A DNA stretch of 64,000 nt, taken from positions 81,581 to 145,580 of the forward strand of contig NIVC01002466.1 of the NCBI GenBank assembly GCA_002269645.1. Direction: 5' to 3'. Source of the stretch: Macrostomum lignano (lineage: Eukaryota). Position numbers and translations under genes: made by a program. This document shows, one piece after another, positions 51,815 through 62,114 of the stretch (its first letter is position 1; each line of letters begins with the position of its first letter). The notes beneath the pieces were generated by a model. That model did no database searches and was not told the DNA's origin. It worked only from the letters and a program-made list of their open reading frames with translations.

Positions 51815-52817
51815 ATGAGCCATTCTCGGTGCCCATCCTACGTTCATGAGGTGTGTGTCACCTGCAATATTAGTATGCTCGGTGGACTAAAGCACCATGT
51901 AGCGAATGAAGGCTGCAGTGTCACCCGATGGCTACTATGCCATGAATGCCAGTCCGTTGAGCTCTTCACCGTTAGAGGCCAAATCAAAAGGCATAAAAAT
52001 CATTCGACTGTTAACTGGAGCTCTGCGGAGGACCGCGAGCAGGCACGCATTACTGCTCTGGAAGTTGCACGTCAAGAGGAACGCAACAGGGCGGCAGAAC
52101 GCATTCGAGAGCCGGTGAGCACTTTGAGTCAAGTTATCACGAGCTTATGCGGCCGAGTAACGAACACTGGTGACCAGCCCAACGCCCAGCCTGCTGCTGC
52201 TTCTGCTGCTCTACTCGACGGTGATGTGGGAGCTCCCCTGCTTGATGCTGCTGATGGAGGTGGCACCCCTGACTTCGAGCTGAATGAGCTGGACACCGCT
52301 TTCTTCGAGAACCTCGATGGTGAGCCTGAAGCACAGGAGCAGCAAGAAATGCAACAGCAGCAGCAGCGGCGTGCAATCCCTGTTCCCGAAAAAAAATATG
52401 GAGCGTGCCAGGATGCTGGCAGAAGTCAGCCTGTCCGACGTGATTCGCGATATGGACTCAGGCCCTGCGCCTCCACCACCGCCGCCACCGACTGAGGTTC
52501 AGCCTGCGGTCGAAGTCAGCCTGTCCGACCTGATTCGCGATATGGACTCAGGCCCTGCGCCTCCACCACCGCCGCCACCGACTGAGGTTCAGCCTGCGGC
52601 CGAAGTCAGCCTGTCCGACCTGATTCGCGATATGGACTCAGGCCCTGCGCCTGCACCACCGCCACCACCGACTGAGGTTCAGCCTGCGGCCGCTAATGAA
52701 GTGCAGCAGCCAGCACCTCTCTGCATCCAGCTGGTTCTGCCCAACAGTGTTACGGGTGAATATTGGATTGACTTGGGAGGGGCTTTCCGTATTCGCCTGA
52801 GCAATTCTCAATTCTAA
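51815..52817 (+). CDS. Polinton accessory protein: Cys/His-rich N-terminus, acidic region, poly-Q, 3x30-aa Pro-rich repeat; split by a frameshift at A8 (52389-96)
   Basis: CVTC..H..C..CHEC..H..H; DFELNELDTAFFENLD; 90-bp repeats at 52422, 52512, 52602. Confidence 0.65.
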
Positions 52818-53182
52818 ACTAATAATTCTAATGTACCAGTCGTTAAATATTAAATTAGCAAACATTCTGTGTTGAATTAAATTGCGAGATGATTATCCGT
52901 ATATTGCAAAAGTGAATAATATTTATTTTTCTTTTCAACATCTCATTGCTATTTTTAAAGTTCATATTTATGCAGGCAGTGCGCGTTGATCAAGCTGTGC
53001 TTGGGTGTGAATGCAGATTGGGTTTGATTCTTTTTGGGTTTGCAATCTCCTTCTTTAACTTGTGCTTCTAATAATGTAGCGTATCGTTGCATTTTTAAAA
53101 TATAAATTTTAAAGCGCAATGAAGCGCTGAATTTTGGAAAAGTTTGCAGCTTTGAGTTATTTTGAAATATTTTTAGAATTCG

Positions 53183-53234
53183 TTTTATAAGACCCTTTTA
53201 TTAAACCCTTTTATTAGACCCTTTATTAGACCCC
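53183..53234 (+). repeat. Four ~13-bp AT-rich direct repeats TTTTAT(T/A)A(G/A)ACCC upstream of pPolB
   Basis: Read directly. Confidence 0.8.
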
Positions 53235-53431
53235 GAAATTTGACACGTAACGACAAGACCCGAAGTACAACTTTCGAAAATATGTACACTTAATACAAGC
53301 GTATATCCACAAATTAGGGATGTAAATTTACTTTTGCAAGAAAAAATAATTTCACAAATATGTATTTCAGCAAATTTCCTCATCTAATTCTCATCGAAAA
53401 TGCTCTAAGCCGTGTCATCAACCGAACCGAG

Positions 53432-56400
53432 ATGGCTTCTTCGAGAGACACTTCATCATCATCATCAGCAAGTGATCGGCCGCTTGAGTCTACCAATTTT
53501 GCTATCGAAATCGAACCAACCAGTGAGTCAATCCAATGTGATTAGTAAAGCCAGTAAAGTAGACTCTTCCCTCTATAAGTACAAGAAAAAGTAGTCATAA
53601 AACCCGATTCCTGATTCGCCGATTCACCGATTCCCGATTCACGGATTCACCGATTCCCGATTCACCGATTCACCGATTCCCGATTCACCGATTCACCGAT
53701 TCACCGATTCACTGATTCCCGATTCACCGATTCACTGATTCCCGATTCACCGATTCACTGATTCCCGATTCACCGATTCACCGATTCACTGATTCCCGAT
53801 TCACCGATTCACTGATTCCCGATTCACCGATTCACTGATTCCCGATTCACCGATTCACTGATTCCCGATTCCTGATTCACTGATTAGCGATTCACCGATT
53901 CCCGATTCACGGATTCACCGATTCCCGATTCACCGATTCACCGATTCACCGATTCACTGATTCCCGATTCGCCGATTCCCGATTCACTGATTCCTGATTA
54001 ACCGATTCCCGCACCATAATGAGGTGGAATTAGGATTATGATTTATAAATTTTAACTGTCGAGTGAAACGCGTACACCCAACAACATGCTAATTCATGCA
54101 GGCATTCAATTCAGCTCGGCTATTCACGCTAGTGCGCATGATGACACGCTGCAGGTCAGACGCTTCACTCCAGCATCAAGAGATCTCGAGCCATTTCATT
54201 TTTTATCATCAACGAAGTTTGCAGTGCTACAGGCTGTTGAGATGAGATTCGATTCATCCGAGAATAATTCTATTCGAGCGCAGCTCAAGTTCAACATCAG
54301 AATGGTGAGAATCAAGGAAGCTGCGGTAATCAATGCAGAAGATAAGTGGATCGCATGCGGTCTTGAGCTTCTCTCTGATCTAAGAGATTTTGAATTGTGG
54401 TGGTTGCAGCAGTTTTCTGAGCTGGAACGCAAGATTGATGCCTACAATTCAAATGGGAGCGGTTGGATAGTTGAGCAAATCAACTATTTTGATCTGTGCT
54501 CTGCCCTCACTGATCGCATTCGCTACTATCGTGGACGATGCGCGAATTTTACTTTGCCCAATCAGCTGGCGGTTAAGAAGGCCATAATCAACCCACCGAG
54601 CGATGGAAACAATTGCTTTCTGTTTGCCTGTCTCGCTTACCTGCACATCAGAGATCCTGGTGTGATGAAGTCTTGCCATCGACTAACAACTTACAGCAGA
54701 TGGTTGGATGAAATCGATCTGAGCGGCATCGCACTACCAGTCGCAATTTCCGATTTAGACGTTATAGAGGAAAATAATTCCGAAATCTGTTTCACAGTTT
54801 TTAGCTGGGAAGATGATGAGGCCTATGTCATTCGCCAGCCTCTTCCTGGGATTTGTGCCTCTCGCAAGGTTATTCCTCTACTCTTGCTTCGCAACTCCAG
54901 CACCGATGATGCTGATGATGATGGTGGTGGTGATGAGAATTGTGGGACTGGACACTGGTGTGCAGTTTCGAACCTGGACCGGCTCCTGAACAGCAAAAAA
55001 GGTCTGAGGAATCGCAAATGGTGTGAGAAGTGCATTTCTCCGTTTCGATCCAGGAAGAGTTGGAGCAGCATCGAGACAGCTGCAATCCTCAACTGAAACC
55101 AGCCATCATGGAGCGCATGCCTGATGCAAGTAGCAACACAATGCAGTTCATGGCTTGGGAAAAGACAATCAGTCCCCCATTTGTTGTCTACGCAGATTTT
55201 GAAGCTCTGAACACCCCACGTGAACCAGTGGAGTCTGAAAGAGAAGTTACTGTCACCAAGTTAACTGAGCATGTACCTGTAGCTGCTGGCTACATTGTTT
55301 TCCAAGAGAGGGTATGAGCAGCAAAATTCTGAGGCCGAGTGAGGATGTTTTCCTCTGCAGCGGACCCAATCCGAATTCTGTCGTGAAACAGTTTTTGGCC
55401 TCACTCGAACGTCTTGCTCGTGAAGTTTATGGTTGGAATACCGAGTTTAGTCATCAGATTGCTGACAGAAACAGAGATGACAACAGGCGCAGCTTTCAAG
55501 ATGCCCACAGTGCTATTTATGCAATGCAGTGTTTATTTCATCTTCTGACAAGCACTGGGATCACGACCACCTCAGCGGTGAATACAAGGGTGCTGCCTGC
55601 GCTTCGTGTAACAAGCTTGCTCGGCTGAAACGGCGATTTTTGCCAATAGTTTTCCACAATCTTCGCGGATATGACCTGCATTTGATTTTCTCAACTGCGC
55701 TGGGTGACATGACTGGTTGGAGGGTGAGCGTCATCCCCCAAACTGCCGAGTCGTACCTCTCCATGAGGGTCGAGTTCCAGATTGATGAGTATGAGAAAGA
55801 TGGCGTAAAAAAGCCCCTGTTTTTCACGCTACAATTCATCGACTCACTGCAATTCCTACACAGCAGTCTCTCTCAACTTATTAAGAACTTGCCGGAGGAC
55901 AACTGTCCCATCACTAATGCGATGCGATCAAAGTATCCAAATCTTTCAAGCGATGTACTGTTTAGTAAGGGAGTTTTCCCTTATGATTATCTCTCGAATT
56001 TGAATGTGCTTGATGATCGCCAACTACCAAAAGTAGAAAGCTTTTTTAACCGACTCACCAACAGCCACTGTACCGAGGCGGAGTATCGGCATGCGCAGAA
56101 GGCCTGGACTGAATTCGAATCTACAACATTGCGCGATTACATGCTCTGCTACTTGGAGCTGGACATCAGGCAACTAGCAGATATCTTTGAAGGGTTTCGA
56201 AGGCTGAGTTTGCAGGAAGACAAGCTAGATCCGGTGCATTTTGTGTCAACTCCAGGCTTATCATTCGCTTCTGCACTAAAGTCTTCTCAAGTCAAGATCG
56301 AACTGCTAACTGACCTCGAGATGTATAAAATGTTTGAGAAAGGAATTCGGGGTGGAATGTCTTTTGTCAATGTACATCATGTCCAGAGCGAAAGTAGCGA

Positions 56401-57841
56401 TGATGATAATGAACCAGCAGGTAGGAGTTTACTGGCTGTTGATGCTAATAACCTTTATGGTCATGCGCTCACAATGCCCCTACCTGTTGGCGGCTTTCGC
56501 TGGCTCAGTCAAGAGGAGCTGTGCTCCTGGTCCGAGTGCCGCTTTCTTTCCCTGGATGATGACGCTCCAATCGGCTACCTTGTCGAAGCGGATTTGCTCT
56601 ACCCAGCCGAAATCCACACGGCAACGGAGGATCTTCCATTCGCCCCAGAGAAAAGGTGTCCGAATTTTGAAGAATTTCCGCAGTACATGCGAGAATTATG
56701 GGTACTGCTTCAACATGACAATGATCATTCTCAGCATCATCAGCAGCAGCAGCCCGACGCGAACACGACTGAGAATCCTACCGTTGCGCGCTACCGTGGA
56801 GTACAAAAATTAATGCTCACATGCCACAACAAGTTTTCCTATGTACTGCACTCGTCTGCTCTCCGATTCTATCTATCGCACGGAATGAAGTTGCATGGGC
56901 TCCACAGGATGATCGAATTCAGGCAAGAACCTGTCTTCGCGGACTACATTAAGATGAATAGCGAGAAGCGCTCTATGGCGAAAAATGATTTCGAGAAGGA
57001 TTTCTATAAACTGAAAAATAACTCCCTGTTTGGCAAAACAATGGAGAACGTGCGCAAGCGGCGGGACATCAGAGTGTGTACTGACAAGAAAAAAGCCAAG
57101 ACTGTTTCTTCTCAACCAAATGTCGCATCATTCACAATCATTACGCCGTCACTCAGCATCTTTGAGCTTCAAAAGCACGAAGTAACTCTTGATCGCCCAA
57201 TCTTCATGGGGCAGTGTGTTCTAGATCGCTCCAAGATCATCATGTATCGACTTTACTATGACAAAATAAAACCCATGCTAGAATTCCGTGATGGAGCAAG
57301 AGTTCGAGTTTGCGGTGGCGATACAGACTCGTTGTTTTTGAGCTTAGAGAACCTTAGTTTGCAGAGAGAAGTGCTGCCAATCCTGCATGCCGAAGGCCTC
57401 TTGGACACCTCCAATTTTTTCACTAATCATCCTCTCTTCTCGAATCGGCTAAAGGCCAAGCTAGGCTGCATTAAAGATGAAGCTGGTGGACTGCAACAGA
57501 TTGAGTGGGTGCTGCTAAGGCCCAAGCTCTATTCTTTCCTCGCTGAAAGCTCGGCGGCATGCAAAGCAAAAGCAAAAGGCATCCAACGAAGCGTGCTGAA
57601 GAATGAAGTCTCCCACGACGACTACGTCAAGATTTTCAAGGGGGCTTCAAAGCTGTCGCTCACTGTTCGTCGAATTGGAAGTGAGAAACATCGCGTTTTC
57701 ACCATTGAGCAACGTAAGCTCGCTCTCAGTATCTGGGAGGACAAGCGAGCGTGGACTGGCTCGAACTCAAGTCTTCCGTTCGGCCACTTTCAGCTGTTAA
57801 TCAGGGGTAGTCCGAAAAGGACAGCGGACTGCTTAGAGTGA
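53432..57841 (+). CDS. polB: Protein-primed family B DNA polymerase with vOTU-like, C2H2 and EndoVII-like N-terminal modules. Putative exon 1 53432-53522; main body from 54102; three -1 frameshifts
   Basis: DGNNCFLF..GHW; CEKC..H; CYLC..HWDHDH..AAC..CN; FHNLRGYDLH; FIDSLQFL; KGVFPYDY; GIRGGMS; DANNLYG; KLKNNSLFGKTMEN; GDTDS. Frameshifts at ~55045, ~55311, ~55506. Confidence 0.95.
53603..54010 (+). repeat. 8-bp microsatellite CCGATTC(A/C) with CTGATTC variants
   Basis: Direct repeats, ~50 units. Confidence 0.97.
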
Positions 57842-58552
57842 TGCTTTGCACATCTGTGTAACCTTGGCGTTGAAATTTATTGACTTTTACTTATGTACTC
57901 CATGAATTGTTTCTGTGGTTTAATTAATCTGAATGATGATGATGGTGATGATGGATGATGATGATAATGACAATGCTGGAACGAATAGAGCCAATTCAGT
58001 TAGTTACATATTTGTAGTCTCTAAGCAACTAACTGAGCGTAACATTTTCGAGTTGAGTTGTTCCAGATTTATTTCAATACGAACTTGTGAAAGCCATGTT
58101 GGAATAATTTGCGGCATATTGGTCTGGCTTTCCCTTTTTTATTATCCTTGAATTTTTGCACAATTGAATGAACTGAGTTACTGTCCTTTTTTATCTTTGC
58201 TAGCTTTGCTACTCATATTTTTTTGTAACCATTATCCAATGATTATCTGAAAAATATTTGCTTCCTTTTTCATTTCTGCTAGTTCTTGTTCGTTTTTGTC
58301 TTAGCAGTGCATAATCTGAGTGATGGGTGTGCTTTTTTTTCTTGAGTTGGTTGTGGTCTGATTAAATTTTCTATACTCAAACTAATATTGCGATTTCAGT
58401 TTTGAAAATAAAGAAAAAGTCGATCGAAGTCTGATTTTCAGGTATATTGATTAAAATGCACGCATCTTAATACGTGGTATATGCATGCAAGATTATTATA
58501 TTTTTGTTCAGCTGTCGTCTTTTTATTTAATTGTTGAAACATATGGTTATTA

Positions 58553-59116
58553 TTAGCACAGAAAACGGACAAGCAAGGAAAAGTCGGAAATTAGCATGCT
58601 CATTGTTTTTGCACCACTGAGAACAAATGAGCCATTGTGAAAAAGCAGGCATTTGCAGAAGCTTAGTTTGCAGATCAAAGCAGAAAATGATTCTGGCTCA
58701 TATTGAGCACTTGGTAAAGTGTTTACAAGATTAGCGAGGGGAAGTGCTCTGCACAAGTCAATCTTCCCATGAGCAGTAATAGTTTTAATCCGCACATGCA
58801 CAGCTTGATGAGGCAGCAGTTGAGCAGGCACTCTGCGATGCAGCATAGCCACGAAGCGACGAGCGGCCCTGACTGAGGCCGAGTAGCTCCGGGCGCCACA
58901 GATACTCAGTTGTCCAGTCGGATAGAGCAACAGAGTCACTCTGGGATTCCGCATCCTCTTGATAAGCACTCGGGGCCAGACGGGACGATAGATGACATGA
59001 GCCATGCTGAGAGCCAGTTCCCGCAGAGGCAATTGGGCACCCCTGCCTCCAGCAAGTCTCAGATCCACGCCGCCGACCAGATTGGTCACTCGCAGGGCTG
59101 TCGCAGGTGTACTCAT
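58553..59116 (-). CDS. TBP-like: TATA-binding-protein homologue (two-repeat saddle), 187 aa, Polinton-encoded
   Basis: Repeat 1 VTNLVG..L..LAL..Y.P..RV..RMRNPRVTLLLYPTGQLSICGARS..AARRF. Repeat 2 L.NL..YEPESFSALI..LLFHNGSFVLSGAK. Aligns to the TBP core (NIVST..[59 protein letters not shown]). Confidence 0.9.
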   Translation of the reverse strand: MSTPATALRVTNLVGGVDLRLAGGRGAQLPLRELALSMAHVIYRPVWPRVLIKRMRNPRVTLLLYPTGQLSICGARSYSASVRAARRFVAMLHRRVPAQLLPHQAVHVRIKTITAHGKIDLCRALPLANLVNTLPSAQYEPESFSALICKLSFCKCLLFHNGSFVLSGAKTMSMLISDFSLLVRFLC

Positions 59117-59149
59117 TTAGAGAGTCCTTTCTGTCAGTGGTGCTGTCTT

Positions 59150-59630
59150 TGCGAGCTTTTGAGTGGTGCGGGCACACCTCGCTTCTTAAGTTGATACAGA
59201 ACTTCGGTTTCAGCCAGTTGTAGTACAGTAATACATTTTTCACTGCACAACCAGTATCAGATGCTTGAATCAAAGGTGATCCCAGATCCTCTAGGTTGTA
59301 CACCTGTCTGCCAAGCAGCTCAGTCAGAAAGATGGACTTTTTCACCCCGCTTGTCCAGGTGGGACCGTAAGCAATGTTTAGAATGTCATTAGCCAAATGC
59401 ATGTACGGTCGGGATCCATCTGTCCACTTGAAATGATGCAAATTCTTTGAGAGCTTTCTGTAATGTACTTGCATCTCAGGTGAGATTCTGTCCCATGAGA
59501 ACGGAGAGGCGTACACGTGATGAGTGATATGGTAACTGCCAGCCCGGACTTGGGCAATGGCCAGCTCCTTCACAACGAAATCTCTGCTCGATCTCTCGCG
59601 TGGGAAGCCTTGGAAGTCAATATAGTTCAT
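59150..59630 (-). CDS. DEDD-like (RNase H-fold) nuclease-type Polinton accessory protein; true stop uncertain
   Basis: IDFQGF..FVVKELA..H.FKWTDG..Y..KKSIFL..LL..VYNLEDLG.P..CAVKNV pattern. The rest of the 281-aa ORF is read-through over the TBP gene. Confidence 0.6.
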
Positions 59631-59670
59631 GATCGGATGGTTTCAAGACGCAAGATGTCGGGAAGCCGAC

Positions 59671-60366
59671 TCAGTTCCCCTTCTTAAATAGTTTTTTTTT
59701 CCTGCTCAGGTGTAGCCAGGCTCTCCCACTCCCGAATCCCTTAACTGTATGATGTGCAGGGGTGGCCTCTGGAGAAACAGCCGGTTTAGAAATTAGCTGC
59801 CTTACTGACTTTCCTATAGCCGAAGCTGGGATGTTAAGCTTTTTGTCTTGAAGCAATGAGACAAACTCACTCCAGCCTACCGGCTCGCTGGCACATTTCG
59901 AATCCCTCACCGCACTGTGAAACAAATCCAGGATGTTTGAGGAGGGTATTGTCTTCCCAGAAATTTGCGCCTCGCCATTTTCGGACACCCGAATCAGAGA
60001 AGGATTGCCAGATAGGATGGCCCATAGACTGCGGGCTCTCGCTTTAAACTTCTGCGGCACGGATTGGGTGATCTTTTCCCCCCAGCTGCTTGGTGCAATA
60101 TCTGTTTTCAGCATCTTTGCATCACTCGCAGGTACCGCACCATCCTTTCCAGTCCGCTTGCGCTTGACCAGCAAACTCTTCATCGCATCATGGTACATGG
60201 CAGCTTTCACATCGTCTGGGCAATCCTCGGCAAGCAAAATATCATTGCATTTCCTCTGCGCATATCTCACAGCAGTGTCCATTTCAGACTCGACTGGCTT
60301 CAAATTCTGTGTGAGCATGTCGTACTCTGACTTGGGGATCAGAACCATTTCTGAGAACTTATTCAT
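59671..60366 (-). CDS. Conserved Polinton/adintovirus hypothetical protein (231 aa)
   Basis: MVLIP..; GE..I.G..I..SNILDL..P.GW.EF..L..N.P..IG pattern recalled from invertebrate Polinton ORFs. Confidence 0.6.
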   Translation of the reverse strand: MNKFSEMVLIPKSEYDMLTQNLKPVESEMDTAVRYAQRKCNDILLAEDCPDDVKAAMYHDAMKSLLVKRKRTGKDGAVPASDAKMLKTDIAPSSWGEKITQSVPQKFKARARSLWAILSGNPSLIRVSENGEAQISGKTIPSSNILDLFHSAVRDSKCASEPVGWSEFVSLLQDKKLNIPASAIGKSVRQLISKPAVSPEATPAHHTVKGFGSGRAWLHLSRKKKLFKKGN

Positions 60367-60670
60367 TTTGCTTCTTTTTCTTCACTAGCTTTATTAGAAT
60401 GTAGAGAATTTTGATAAAACCCGTATTTAGCAGATCCGCAGCTCTTCTATGTGTAGAAATTTTGCGGATTATTTGCTTTTGCTTCACCAACGCTGCCTTT
60501 TGAGTGAGTGAGAACGACAGAGTGTTTTGCAATAGGTTGTAGCAGGCCTCAATGAGAAATTCACGTACGGCTTTTGGACCCGCTCTGATCAACAGACGTT
60601 TAAAGCTGATGGAATATTTCGGTGACGCGAGAACATCAAACAAACTTTCATGTGAGTCAAAGGTTTCCAT
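60359..60670 (-). CDS. Small basic helical Polinton protein (~103 aa)
   Basis: LIEACYNLL..L..TQK..L..KQIIRKI..GFIKILY resembles, from memory, the small conserved adintovirus ORF labelled gasderminX; its stop overlaps the next start. Confidence 0.5.
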   Translation of the reverse strand: METFDSHESLFDVLASPKYSISFKRLLIRAGPKAVREFLIEACYNLLQNTLSFSLTQKAALVKQKQIIRKISTHRRAADLLNTGFIKILYILIKLVKKKKQNE

Positions 60671-60722
60671 TATCATTTGTGTGCAGAATATAGAACAAAT
60701 GGCAAAATCTCGGCTGTTATTC

Positions 60723-61374
60723 TTAAGTGTAAACCAGGTGGGGTCGCTGATTGGGCAGGATTCGAGCCCGGACCGCAGCTCATCAGGGGTGGAAGGGTGA
60801 AAATCCAGGAGCAGGTAGGCTCCCCTGCCGTGCGATGTCACGTGCTTGAACACTGACAGCAGAAATCCGGGCTTCTCAGCAAAGCACTGCCTGCCCAGCG
60901 CTGCAATCTGCAGCTGGTCTCTGGGTTCTTCATGATCACAAAGTACATCGCATTCAGACTCATTGTTCGCAACTCCTTCCCTTTAAAAAATACATTTTGG
61001 GTGAGCATAACCAGAAAGCAGGGCAAATGATGGGCAATTCCAGTGAAAACATTTCGCATTGCAGCAGAATTGGAAGTTTCTTCAATCAGGTCATCAAATA
61101 CAACCAGGTCATTGGGTCTCAGTGCGGTCTCGATACTGCTGGGAAATCCCTGCTGCAGGTGCACGCCGAGACTGCTGAGCTCAGAGTGTGCTGCTTGTGA
61201 AATCCCGTAGTACCACAGAACTCTCCCAGGCTTCACATCAAACATGACATCCTTGTATTGTATCAGATGTTTCACGAAGGTTGTCTTTCCTGCATTTGTA
61301 GGCCCGCTGACAATCATGCAGCTTCCCTGTCGCAGGCGCACATCATAACAGTTTATCCGCTCACGTGTTTCCAT
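60723..61374 (-). CDS. A32-like genome-packaging ATPase (two -1 frameshifts)
   Basis: Walker A GPTNAGKT, Walker B VVFDDL, LTQNVF, SLNAMYFV.MKNPRD. Restoring one base at 60924 and one at 60773 gives ..YLLLDFHP..LRVRARILP..VY*. Confidence 0.92.
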
Positions 61375-61400
61375 TGCCTGTTGAGCTAAATTCTTGATTT

Positions 61401-61925
61401 TTAAAATCTAATTAAATTTCTTTTTCTTAAGCAACTTTCAAACCTTTGCAGAATTCTTTCATTCAAGTGGCTCTGCTGATTTGCATGGAGGTGCCGCAGA
61501 ACCCACTCAAACGAGCGCTTGAAACGAAACTTTTGATAGGCAAACAAGAGACAGAACAAACCGCATTTAGCAGAGTTGCAGCTCTGAATTCGATTCACAT
61601 TGCTACGTAAGTAGAATGGAGAATACCAAAAGGATTTCAGTGCTCTGTGAATGATCTCTAAAGTGCTGGAGTCCCAGCCCAGAGAGTTAAAGAGTTCTAT
61701 GGAATTCTCCTTATCAGCATAACAAACCACCCAGTGACCGAAGGATGAGCTGTACTGAAGCAGAAAGAAAATAAACCTACATCGAGATAAATTTCTTTTG
61801 AGAGTTGCTCGCTGAATAATGTTTAAAGCATAAGATGTTTTATTTATTGAATTCAAGACAATAATTAAACAGTTATTTTGTGGCAAAAAGCTTTTAGCCA
61901 GTTTAAGCAGTTGAAAAGCATCCAT
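61401..61925 (-). CDS. Adenain-type cysteine protease
   Basis: GHWVV..ELFNSLG..IQSCNSAKCGLFC. Confidence 0.85.
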   Translation of the reverse strand: MDAFQLLKLAKSFLPQNNCLIIVLNSINKTSYALNIIQRATLKRNLSRCRFIFFLLQYSSSFGHWVVCYADKENSIELFNSLGWDSSTLEIIHRALKSFWYSPFYLRSNVNRIQSCNSAKCGLFCLLFAYQKFRFKRSFEWVLRHLHANQQSHLNERILQRFESCLRKRNLIRF

Positions 61926-61948
61926 ATTAGCGTTGCGCCAGCGTACTC

Positions 61949-62080
61949 CTAGGATGGAAAATCTAGCAGAATCTCCCTGTGCTTGGTGACCTCAATCAGT
62001 GAGTCATACAGGCACATAACAATCAGAGATACAGGCTCCTCCAGTACCTTCAGCATTTTCGCTACAAATGATGATGCTTC
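61949..62080 (-). pseudogene. Probable C-terminal remnant (~44 codons) of the major capsid protein
   Basis: LEEPVSLIVMCLYDSLIEVTKHREILLDFPS* resembles the Polinton MCP terminus (V..IVY..FD..IEI...R.V..D) as I recall it. Confidence 0.5.
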
Positions 62081-62114
62081 TCATAGTTGGGAATGGCTGC
62101 ACAATGTTGGTATC

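Noticed and set aside
58785-59116. Overprinted gene on TBP-like
   Set aside because: Low-complexity read-through with no motif; more likely a missing stop or indel in the upstream gene.
59111-59122. TAAATG as a poxvirus-type late promoter
   Set aside because: Not present at the other Polinton start codons checked.
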